52,576 nucleotides of DNA from Ignavibacteria bacterium. Its GTDB lineage: Bacteria; Bacteroidota; Ignavibacteria; Tepidaquicellales; OLB5. Positions 1-10,100 of the stretch are shown piece after piece. Below the pieces are notes generated by a model. The model searched no databases. It saw only the letters and a list, made by a program, of their open reading frames with translations, and was not told where the DNA came from. The first letter of the stretch is position 1; each line of letters starts with the position of its first letter. Position numbers and translations under genes: made by a program. Location: the NCBI GenBank assembly GCA_025451455.1, contig JANWKI010000016.1, positions 1 through 52,576 on the forward strand. Direction: 5' to 3'.

Positions 1-156
1 CAGGGCAAAGAGGTTGCAAATCCGGTCGAAGAAAAGCTCTCAGCCGGGAGTTATGAGTTCAAATTTGATGCTTCGAAATTATCTTCCGGAACTTATTTCT
101 ATAAGATGATAACATCAGACTTTACGGAAACAAAAAAGATGATTCTCGTTAAATAA
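1..156 (+). CDS. 3' end of a T9SS C-terminal sorting domain protein (partial)
   Basis: Frame 1 reads QGKEVANPVEEKLSAGSYEFKFDASKLSSGTYFYKMITSDFTETKKMILVK*, the typical end of a T9SS type A CTD. Confidence 0.85.
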   Translation, partial: QGKEVANPVEEKLSAGSYEFKFDASKLSSGTYFYKMITSDFTETKKMILVK

Positions 157-190
157 CCAAATAATAACAAACAGCAAGGGAGTCAAAAAA

Positions 191-2767
191 ATGAAAACAC
201 TTAATTTAATTACAGTATTCATATCGATGGTATTAATATTTCTTTTAAGTTCTGAACAATCCCAAAAGGCGGGAACAACGGAGAAGATCAATCAAGTAAC
301 TGAAGAAACTGAACACAAACTGGCCGAAACTGAAAAGAAGGAAGGACCAGAGCTCGAACAGGAATATTTCACTAGGTGGCATGAACCGTACGGGAACGTC
401 CTTGAGCCGGTTCAAATGAACCAGATCTGGGAAGATATAAACAGATTACCTAAAGAAACTGAACTTAATCAGCTCCCTGTTAATTCGTGGACATGTATTG
501 GACCTTATGGAATGTCTGTAATTAATACCAATGCTCGATATACAGGGCGCATACTCGATATAGATTTGCTTAACTCTTATCCTCAGTTTCAGCTGGATTT
601 CAGGGTTGCTTCGGCAAGCGGCGGTATATGGTCTTTGCTAACAATTCCGCTACCCGGTATACCTGTTTGTATATCAAACAATGATATTACTTCTCAGTCA
701 ATCAGCTGTGTGGCTACTCATCCCTTCAATACCGACATAATTTTCACCGGAACAGGAGAGTCCCAGCAAAGAGCAGGCACCGGGTTGTGGAAAACAACTA
801 ATGGCGGACAAAACTGGGAGCATGTTTCTATGGTACCGCAGCCGGGGGCTTTTTACAGGATAAAGTTCAATCCCGGCAACCCAACCAGGCTGCATACTGT
901 AACCGAACTCGGTTATTACCGTTCAGATAACAGCGGTTTAACATGGACAAGGTATTTTACCGGAAACGTAACAGATATGGCAATCAGGCCGGATAATCCA
1001 AACTATATCTTCATAACTAAAAACGGAGATAGTTTAACAGGCGGAGTATATTCTTCAGTCAACGGCGGAACAAACTGGACAAAGCTAACTTCCGGAATTG
1101 CCACTACAAATGTCGGACGGAGCTCCATTACTTTGTGCAGAACTAACCCAAATATTATCTATGCATCCCTGGGTCAAAGGGACGATAATTCATTGCTTGG
1201 TGTTTGGAAATCCATCAACAATGGAGCAAGCTGGTCAAATGTAACTCCTGGCTCTGATATAGGGGGGAATGCATGGTATAACAATGTTATTTCTGTTTCG
1301 CCAACTAATTCTAATGTAGTTCTGGTTGCAATGACACAGATGGCAAGGACAACAAACGGTGGAAGCTCATGGACTTTGATCAATGATGAAAATCTTCACG
1401 TCGACCACCATGCTTTAACGTGGAGAAACGGTGGTGACACAGTTTATTCAGGCAATGATGGTGGTTTTTCGCGTTCTGTTAATGGTGGAGCAACCTGGAC
1501 CAATACTTATAACAATTACGGAATTACACAATTTTATAATTTCGATGTAGGTGTAAGTAATACAGCAGTAATATTCGGAGGCTCCCAGGATAACGGTGTT
1601 TTGGGAACAACAACTTTTAACGGGGGAAGTGCGAACTGGCAGCATACTCTCGGCGGAGACGGAGCAGGTATTGCCATCGATCCAACAAATGCTGCAAGAA
1701 TTTATAGTGTGAACGGTGCATACGGCGGCTCATATCTTTTCTTTAGGCAAAAGTCCGGCAATACGGGCCAGAGCTGGAACAGCTTTAACAGCGGGCTTCC
1801 GGCAAACTCTGATTGGGCTCCCAAAATCAGAGCAGGTTTACAAAACCCTCCTGTTTTATATACTAATGTAACTAATTATGTGTATTCTTCATCCAGCCCC
1901 TATACTTCATGGACTCAATTTTCTGCAGCTTTTACAGGACCTGTAACTAACCTTATTGTACCTAATACAAGCAGTGATAGATTGTTTGCTTGCATTGGCG
2001 GTGGTACACAGAAACTGATGTATTATTATAGTGGCACCTGGCATGATATATCCGCCGGTTTGCCTTCAAATGGGCGTGTGAAGTCAGTACAATCCAAAAC
2101 CAATGTATTAGGAACATATACGTATGCAGTAATGAATGGTTTTTCACCCGGGCAGAAAATTTTCCGGACAACAGATGCAGGGGCAACATGGACAAATGTA
2201 TCAGGCGATTTACCAAATGTTCCTCTTTCAGATGTCGTTATTCATCCATCATTAACTACGAACATACTTTATTTGGGAAGCGAGTTTGGCTGCTACAGAA
2301 CTACTAACGGCGGGACAAACTGGCACAGATGGAATAACGGGATGCCGGAATCTAACATAGTAACTGAATTGAAATATATTGACAGTATCTCTGCTCGCAA
2401 TAAATTTTATATACTGGCAGCAACTTATGGCAGGTCTTTCTGGATACGTGAAATTGGGGGAGACGACCCTGTCAGTATTAATAATAATAATTCAGAAGTT
2501 CCCGATCATTATTCCTTAAGTCAGAATTATCCGAATCCATTCAATCCCGGGACAGTGATCAGCTATGGATTACCTGTTAACAGTTTTGTTACATTGAAAA
2601 TTTATGATGCAGTTGGCAGGGAAATCGAAACCTTGGTAAAAGGAAAATTTAACGCAGGATTGCATCAAGCAGAATGGAATGCAATAAATTACCCGAGTGG
2701 AGTATATTTTTACAAATTAGAATCAGAAGGGTTTATCACCACAAAGAAAATGATACTTGTGAAGTAG
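191..2767 (+). CDS. Secreted BNR/Asp-box (VPS10/sialidase-like) beta-propeller protein with T9SS CTD
   Basis: Signal peptide; many S/TxNGGxxW Asp-box repeats; HVDHH and GGSQDNG motifs; C-terminal LSQNYPNPFNP...TKKMILVK. Confidence 0.85.
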   Translation: MKTLNLITVFISMVLIFLLSSEQSQKAGTTEKINQVTEETEHKLAETEKKEGPELEQEYFTRWHEPYGNVLEPVQMNQIWEDINRLPKETELNQLPVNSWTCIGPYGMSVINTNARYTGRILDIDLLNSYPQFQLDFRVASASGGIWSLLTIPLPGIPVCISNNDITSQSISCVATHPFNTDIIFTGTGESQQRAGTGLWKTTNGGQNWEHVSMVPQPGAFYRIKFNPGNPTRLHTVTELGYYRSDNSGLTWTRYFTGNVTDMAIRPDNPNYIFITKNGDSLTGGVYSSVNGGTNWTKLTSGIATTNVGRSSITLCRTNPNIIYASLGQRDDNSLLGVWKSINNGASWSNVTPGSDIGGNAWYNNVISVSPTNSNVVLVAMTQMARTTNGGSSWTLINDENLHVDHHALTWRNGGDTVYSGNDGGFSRSVNGGATWTNTYNNYGITQFYNFDVGVSNTAVIFGGSQDNGVLGTTTFNGGSANWQHTLGGDGAGIAIDPTNAARIYSVNGAYGGSYLFFRQKSGNTGQSWNSFNSGLPANSDWAPKIRAGLQNPPVLYTNVTNYVYSSSSPYTSWTQFSAAFTGPVTNLIVPNTSSDRLFACIGGGTQKLMYYYSGTWHDISAGLPSNGRVKSVQSKTNVLGTYTYAVMNGFSPGQKIFRTTDAGATWTNVSGDLPNVPLSDVVIHPSLTTNILYLGSEFGCYRTTNGGTNWHRWNNGMPESNIVTELKYIDSISARNKFYILAATYGRSFWIREIGGDDPVSINNNNSEVPDHYSLSQNYPNPFNPGTVISYGLPVNSFVTLKIYDAVGREIETLVKGKFNAGLHQAEWNAINYPSGVYFYKLESEGFITTKKMILVK

Positions 2768-2800
2768 TAAATGTAAAGAGAGTTCAGTGATTTAAAATGA

Positions 2801-2832
2801 AAAACCCGTCTTAATAAGACGGGTTTTGTTTT
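2801..2832. terminator. Bidirectional intrinsic terminator
   Basis: AAAACCCGTCTT-AAT-AAGACGGGTTTT perfect inverted repeat with A/T tracts, between convergent genes. Confidence 0.85.
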
Positions 2833-2889
2833 ATGGCATTTTTTATTTATTGGCCCGGAAGATTGAAACACCAGGTCATCTCTCAATAT

Positions 2890-3405
2890 CTACCTTGGTA
2901 ATGAACCACTGCCTGCGGCTAATACTATACCATCTCTTGTAGCCTGCCAGTTGAAATCCATGCTTGGTCTTCTGGTTATTTTAACATCGATCCAAAGCGG
3001 CCTTCCAATCTGCCCGGGTTGAATAGGCTGTCCGAACTGTCCTGCTTTTACACCTATTTTGCCTTTTGATCTGTCAGTTGTATTATTATCCATTATCCAT
3101 CCCGAAGGAAATGTGCTGAAACCGATTATTGCCGTTGTTGTATCAATAAATTGTACATGGAAATCATTGATGATTGTATCAGTCATATTATTGGTTACTT
3201 TAAAATAGTAACCGTCTACATTCCCTTTTACAACTTCGACGGAAATATTACTTGTAAGGTTACCGGTTTCGGTATTTATTGAAATTGATTCGTTCTGAGA
3301 CGGGCCAAAAATATTTGAATTTTCACTGCATGCTGAAAAAATTACCATTATTGCAAGTAATGCTGCAAATAACGCTGATTTTATGCTGATTTTTGTGTTT
3401 TTCAT
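2890..3405 (-). CDS. Hypothetical lipoprotein (beta-sandwich-like)
   Basis: Basic N-terminus, hydrophobic stretch and lipobox FSAC; strong SD AAGGAGG upstream. Confidence 0.7.
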   Translation of the reverse strand: MKNTKISIKSALFAALLAIMVIFSACSENSNIFGPSQNESISINTETGNLTSNISVEVVKGNVDGYYFKVTNNMTDTIINDFHVQFIDTTTAIIGFSTFPSGWIMDNNTTDRSKGKIGVKAGQFGQPIQPGQIGRPLWIDVKITRRPSMDFNWQATRDGIVLAAGSGSLPR

Positions 3406-3555
3406 TTTATTATCCTCCTTAGGATGTTTAATTTTTTACTTATACAAAGATATTTTTAAACCTTGCACAAACCTTATCAATTTCCTTAACACCTGAAATC
3501 AGCTTTGAAAATCATCTTTGTTGGTCTTATCACCGCCAACACGTATATTTGTAAT

Positions 3556-4788
3556 ATGAACTTACTGATTGAAAACGCAAAACAGATAGTAACTTGCCAT
3601 ACCAAAGGCAGAAAATACAAAGCAGGTAAATTCCAGTCCGAAATAGGGTTGATTGAAAATGCCAGCATTTATGTTGAAAACGGCAGGATAAAATGGCTCG
3701 GTAAAAAAATTCCCGCTTCCATTAAAAAGCTGAACATTAAGAAGATTGATGCAAATAATAAGACAGTTCTACCGGGTTTTATCGATTCGCATACTCATTT
3801 AGTATTTGCAGGCGATAGGGCAAATGAATACTCAATGAGGATTAAAGGAAGTACTTATGAGGAAATTGCAAAAGCCTGGGGAGGCATAATCAGTACCGTT
3901 AAGGCAGTCAGAAAAGCAGCAAAAATCGAGCTGAAAAAACTTGCCTTACGGAGGATTCTGTCATCTGTTTCTTTTGGAGTTACAACTATTGAGGCAAAAT
4001 CCGGTTACGGACTTGATACCAAAACAGAGATCAAAATGCTTGAGGTCATTAATGAACTCAACAGAGAAAGCCCTATTGATGTATATTCTACTTTCCTGGG
4101 AGCTCATGCATTTCCAAAAGATAAATCCGGAAGTGAATATATTGATGAGATCCTTTATGAAATGATACCATTAATAGCTAAGCGTAATCTTGCAACTTAT
4201 ATTGATGCTTTTTGCGAAAAGAATTATTTTTCGGTCAGTGAAATAAAAAAAATATTCAAGCAGGGCATTAGATTCGGCTTAGTGCCTAAACTTCACACTA
4301 ACCAGTTTTATTCAATTGGCGGAATAAAGGCAGCCGTAGAATGCGGTGCAATATCAGTTGATCATCTTGAAGTAATGAACAGTAAGGATATAAACGCACT
4401 TAGAGGCAGCGATACTGTTGCTTGTTTACTTCCGGCAGTGTCGTATTTTCTTGATATTCCCTATACCCCTGCAAGAAAACTAATTGAGAATAAAATACCA
4501 GTGGCTCTTGCTACTGACTTTAACCCGGGAAGCGCTATGAGTGAAAATATCCAGCTTACAATGAGCTTGGCTGTACAAATGTTAAAGATGAATATAGAAG
4601 AGACAATCAATGCTGTAACCATTAATGCTGCTGCAGCTCTTGGTGTATCGCATAATACAGGAAGCATTGAGCCCGGGAAACAGGGCGATATACTTATTTT
4701 TGATACACCGGGATACAGAGATATTATATATCATTTTGGAGTAAATCAGCTGGATAAGGTGATAAAACGCGGTAAAGTAATAAATTAA
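3556..4788 (+). CDS. hutI: Imidazolonepropionase
   Basis: PGFIDSHTHLVFAG, GVTTIEAKSGYGL, FLGAH, SVDHLE, ALATDFNPGS motifs; start moved to ATG 3556 (MNLLIENA). Confidence 0.95.
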   Translation: MNLLIENAKQIVTCHTKGRKYKAGKFQSEIGLIENASIYVENGRIKWLGKKIPASIKKLNIKKIDANNKTVLPGFIDSHTHLVFAGDRANEYSMRIKGSTYEEIAKAWGGIISTVKAVRKAAKIELKKLALRRILSSVSFGVTTIEAKSGYGLDTKTEIKMLEVINELNRESPIDVYSTFLGAHAFPKDKSGSEYIDEILYEMIPLIAKRNLATYIDAFCEKNYFSVSEIKKIFKQGIRFGLVPKLHTNQFYSIGGIKAAVECGAISVDHLEVMNSKDINALRGSDTVACLLPAVSYFLDIPYTPARKLIENKIPVALATDFNPGSAMSENIQLTMSLAVQMLKMNIEETINAVTINAAAALGVSHNTGSIEPGKQGDILIFDTPGYRDIIYHFGVNQLDKVIKRGKVIN

Positions 4789-5110
4789 TTTGATGATTAA
4801 TAATTTATCTGAGATCCCCGATATTCAAATTTTGAAATATTGGTGAAAATGCAGGACAAAATAATCTGTCACCTTTGAATATATTTCTCTCAGACCCTAA
4901 CTCGAAAATAATAATCCATTTGACTGCATAATTACTTAAGAAATTACTCCTTTTACGGTGCGAGAATTATATACCATAATAGTTAGTATTGAGCTAAAAA
5001 TCATATTTTAACTGAAAAAACATGACTTTAATCCTTCACCTGTTCACGGTATTTACATCAAAGAAAAGACTGACTAACTTTGAATCAAATGAAAATGATG
5101 TACCCCACAA

Positions 5111-5185
5111 ATGAATAAGTATAAAGAAATTGCCGTAATATTTTACCTTACTTTGGCTTTTGTTTTACTAAATCTTGCAATCTGA
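5111..5185 (+). CDS. Putative 24-aa hydrophobic small protein
   Basis: MNKYKEIAVIFYLTLAFVLLNLAI*; lies between a TAACTTTG element (5075-5082) and a strong terminator. Confidence 0.35.
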   Translation: MNKYKEIAVIFYLTLAFVLLNLAI

Positions 5186-5301
5186 AGCAGATTTTATTTA
5201 AATACTTTATTATTTGTTGACATTATTTTGTTACAAATGTTCTTACTTTCCCCAATGACTGTAAGAATTGTTTCAATATACGTACATTCATGCATTTCTC
5301 C

Positions 5302-5340
5302 TGAAACCCCGCTTTTTTTCAAAGCGGGGTTTCACTTTTT
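5302..5340 (+). terminator. Intrinsic terminator
   Basis: TGAAACCCCGCTTT / AAAGCGGGGTTTCA 14-bp stem followed by CTTTTT. Confidence 0.8.
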
Positions 5341-5456
5341 CCGGAAATACATCCAAATAAAGTAATCATCATCATCTGTTATTGTGAATAAATCATACAT
5401 TTAAACAATCATTTTTAAATGCTAACTTTGTAAATAATTCTTAATTTTCCAATCTA

Positions 5457-7076
5457 ATGAGAAAAATTGTCGAGTGTGTACCAAATATTTCCGAAGGCAG
5501 GGATGAAAGTATTATTAATGCATGCGCTGATGCTGTCAGAGCAGTAGATGGTGTTACGCTTCTGGATGTTGACCCGGGGAAATCTACTAACAGAACCGTT
5601 TTTACATTTGTGGGTGATCCTGTTTCCATAGTTGAAGGTGCATTTCAATTTGCTAAAAAAGCATATGAACTTATCGATATGACAAAACATTCCGGCGCTC
5701 ATCCGCGCATGGGTGCTGTTGATGTTGTTCCATTTGTTCCGGTTTCGGGGGTTACAACTTCTGATTGTGTTGAGTGTTCTAAAAAATTCGCAAAGAGGGC
5801 AGGTGAAGAGCTTGGCGTACCCGTTTACCTTTATGAAGAGGCTTCAAAGGATCCGAAGAGAAAATCATTGAAACAGATCCGTGCAGGTGAGTACGAAGGT
5901 TTAAAAAATAAGATTGTAAAAAAGGAATGGAAACCCGATTTCGGCCCTCAGGAATTTGTTCCCTCATCCGGTGCTACTGTAACGGGTGCAAGATTCTTCC
6001 TTATTGCTTACAACGTAAATATACTTGGTACAAAAGAACAGGCGCACAGGATTGCACTAAATATCCGTGAACAGGGCAGGGGACCCAAAGATCCGGGTAA
6101 ATTAAAGGCAATAAAAGCTATCGGATGGTATGTTGATGAATATAACATGGCGCAGGTTTCTATCAACCTTGATAATTATAAAATTACTCCGCCTCATATT
6201 GTATTTGAAGAGTGCGTTAAGGATGCCATGGAAATGAACCTTGCTGCAGCAGGGAGTGAACTTGTGGGTCTTATTCCCCTGGAAGCGATGCTTATGGCTG
6301 CTGAGTATTACATAAAAAAGGAAAAGCTGTTTATAATTGATGAGAAGCAAAAGATAAGGCTTGCCGTTGAACGGCTTGGACTGAATTCAGTATCACCATT
6401 TATACCAGAAAAAAGAATAATAGAATATATGATATCAGAAAAGAAAAATGAACCGCTTGCTTCTATGACCGTCAGGGATTTCATCGAGCTTGTCGGGGCA
6501 AGAACTTCAGCACCGGGAGGCGGAAGCGTTTCGGCGCTTATTGCTGCAATGGGAGCAGCGCTTGGAGCTATGATGGGCTGGATGAGTTACGGGAGCAAGA
6601 AATTTGAGCATCTTGATTCCAAAATGAGGAAACTGATACCGCCTCTGCATGAAAATATGATGAAGCTTATCCCGATGATAGATGCTGATACGAATGCATT
6701 TAATGATTACATGACTGCAATGAAGCTGCCAAAAGGCACTGATAAGGAAAACAAGCTGAGAAATGAAAAAATGCAGGAAGGATTGAAAAAGGCCATTAAC
6801 GTACCGCTTGAAGTAATGCGGACTGCGGATTCATGCTGGCCGGAAATGACAGAGCTTGCTAAAATTGGGAATGTGAATTCAGCTAGCGATCTTGCAGTTG
6901 GTGCAAAATCGCTTGAAACAGGAATATGGGGAGCCTTTAAGAATGTTGAGATAAACCTTGTGCAAATTAAAGATGATAAATATAAGAAAGTAGTACTGAA
7001 AGAAGGAAATGAGATCATGAGTAGGGCTGCAAAGAATCTGGCAAACATTGAAAAAATATTACTTGGAAGAAAGTAA
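5457..7076 (+). CDS. ftcd: Bifunctional glutamate formimidoyltransferase / formimidoyl-THF cyclodeaminase
   Basis: [27 protein letters not shown] in the transferase domain; APGGGSVSA cyclodeaminase domain; next to hutI. Confidence 0.95.
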   Translation: [539 protein letters not shown]

Positions 7077-7084
7077 ACATTTTA

Positions 7085-7120
7085 ATTCTCATACCCGGGC
7101 CGTAGCTTAGGAATGAGAAT
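7085..7120. repeat. Imperfect palindrome (REP-like or terminator) between convergent genes
   Basis: ATTCTCAT-ACCCGGGC-CGTA-GCTTAGGA-ATGAGAAT. Confidence 0.4.
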
Positions 7121-7140
7121 ATGAACTTAAAATATATATC

Positions 7141-10100
7141 TTACGGAAGTTTCTGATCCTTCTTATCAAACTCATCCCGTGTCATAAGCTTTATTCCGTT
7201 TGCGCCAAGACCTGCGTTTACTTTGCTCAGATAGTTCTTATAAACTTCGTCGATCTTTTTCACAGCAGACTGTATTTCAGTTTCAAACCCTCCAATTCTC
7301 TCAATCTGTGCTTCGGTAGGCCTGCCGTTAAACCAGGCTACAGAAGTATAAAGGTTGCCCAGTCTTTCTCTCAATTGTTCCTCGCCGGTAATCTGCCCTT
7401 CTTTAGTAGCAACAAGTTCTTTGCGGATCTCTTCCAGCTTATCTATTAGCGTTTTACCGGCTGATTTTTCTACTTTTCCTTCTTCAATTAATTTAGAAGT
7501 TTCAGTCTGCACTTTATTTATATTTTCAACCGCAAAAGCGAGGTCTTCCTCCATCTTAAAGATCTTCATGGAGGTTTCATACTGAAGTGCTATATCTTCT
7601 TTACTGTACGGCGAAAGCGGATTTACTTTAAGGTCAATAGTACCTTCAATAATTTTATTCCCAGCAAAGAGCTTAATCGGATATACCCCTTCCTGAACGA
7701 ACGGAGAAGCAAACCCGCTTTGATCCGGCCTGACGCCTTTTGCAACTTTTGGCGGTTTAACACGCATATCCCAGGTAATCCTGTTAATACCTTTTCTTTT
7801 TGTGCCGGGTATGGATTTAAGCATTACTCCGCTTTGGTCGTAAATTTCAACCTTAACATCGCCGGTAACTACCCTGTCCTTTAAATAATACTCAATTACT
7901 GCATCCTCAGTTGAATTCTCTCCAACATACGTACCTGCCTGATTGGGGAATGTACCTCCAAGGAATCCGCCGTAAGTATAGTTCTGTCTAGTAGGCAAAA
8001 AAGCAGCATCAGAGCCGAGTAATTCCTGTGAAATATTTCTGATCGCAGTCAGGTCATCAATGATCATTATACCTCTTCCGTGAGTAGCAAGCAGCAGGTC
8101 ATTTGTTTCCGGCTGGATTGCGATATCCCTTATTTCTGCATTCGGAACATTTGCAGAATATTGAGCCCAGCTGGCACCTCCATCGATACTGATAAACAAA
8201 CCAAATACAGATCCTGCAAACAGCAGGTTTGGACTGATAATATCCTGTTTGATCTTGTGTACGTACCCGTTAATATCATTTGTAGCAATTGATATCCATG
8301 TTTTTCCCAGATCAGTAGTCTTGTAAATATATGGCTTTTTATCTCCCATTGCATGATTATCAAAAGATACAAATGCAGTGTTCTTTTCAAATTTACTTGC
8401 ATCAATTCCTGATACCCACGCATTCTTGGGTAAGTTCGGAAAATTTTTGACAACATTTGTCCAGCTGGCTCCGGTGTTATCGCTTACCTGAACATTTCCG
8501 TCATCAGTGCCGACCCAGATAATATTTTCATCGGCCGGTGATTCGCAGATAGTAAAAATAGTACAGTGATTTTCCGCTGATGAATTATCGACTGAGAGCC
8601 CTCCCGATTCTTCCTGCTTCTGCTTTTCAGGATCATTTGTAGAAAGGTCAGGAGATATTCTGTCCCAGGTAGTTCCCTTATCCCTTGAACGGTATAAAAA
8701 TTGTGAACCGATATAAATTGTTCCTGGGTTAAGTGTGCTTTGATGTACAGCTGTATTCCAGTTAAACCTGAGCTTTAATGCGTTATCATGTGTCAGAGGT
8801 TTTATATCTCTGTTCTCATTAATTCTTTTATCGAACCTGGTTAAGCCGCCCCCCTGCCATTCCCAATAAATAATATTCGGGTCACTGAGGTCAGGCATGA
8901 CCTGAAAACCGTCACCGAAACCTACTGATTTCCAGTCGCTGTTTTTAATTCCTCCCGGACTGTTTGATGGGCCAAACCATGAACCGTTATCCTGCAAGCC
9001 GCCGTAAACATTGTAGAAAGGTTTGTTGAGATCATAATTAACATGATAGTATTGTGATAAGGGAAGATTGTTAAAGAATATAAAATTATTTCCCCTGTCG
9101 TAAGAAACATACAAACCTCCATCAGTGCCTAAATAAATGTTTTGGGGATTGTTTGGATTTATCCACAAAGCATGATGATCGCCGTGTACCCATCCGCCTT
9201 CAAATGAAGCATCACGGAAAGACTGCCCACCGTCATCACTCATCGATAGAGAAAATGCCGGTCTGTAGATTCTTTTTTCATCGGTCGGGTCAACAGCCAG
9301 TACACTGAAATAGAACGGTCTCGCCGTAACATTTCCGCTGGCGCTGTTTCTTTTCCAGGTGTTACCGCCGTCATTTGATTCAAACAAGCCTGTATTATGT
9401 GATTCAGCAATTGCATAAATTTTTTTCGGGTCTGATGGCGATATTGCCAGGCAGATCCTGCCCAAAATTCCGTCCTCAGTGAATGACTGGTCAATTCTAT
9501 CCCAGCTTTCACCACCGTCAATAGTTTTGTACAATCCGCTTCCTTCACCACCCGAAGAAAAAGCCCAGGGTTTTCTTCTGAATTGCCACATTGATGCGTA
9601 CAGTACCTTCGGATCCTTAGGGTCCATTACAACATCAGCGCATCCGGTTTTTTCATCTATATATAATATCTTTTCCCATGTCGCACCGCCGTCTTTTGTT
9701 TTATACAGTCCCCTGTCTTCGCTATCACCCCATAACGGGCCGGGTGCAGCAACATAAACCACATTACTGTTTGAAGGGTCAATTATAATTCTGGCAATAT
9801 GCTCTGTATTATCAAGCCCTGTTTTTTTCCAGTTGTCTCCGCCGTCATCTGTCTTATATATCCCATCACCAATTGCAACGCTGTTGCGCATGTTCGATTC
9901 ACCTGTACCAACCCATACAACGTTCGGATTCTTTTGGTCAATAGTAATAGCGCCAATAGACTGTGCATATTTATCAAAAACAGATTTGAATACAGCCCCT
10001 CCATTGAGTGTCTTCCATACACCGCCACCGGCAGCGCCAACGTACAGAATTCTTGGGTCACTGTTAACTCCGTCAATAGCCGTTATCCTTCCGCTCATAG

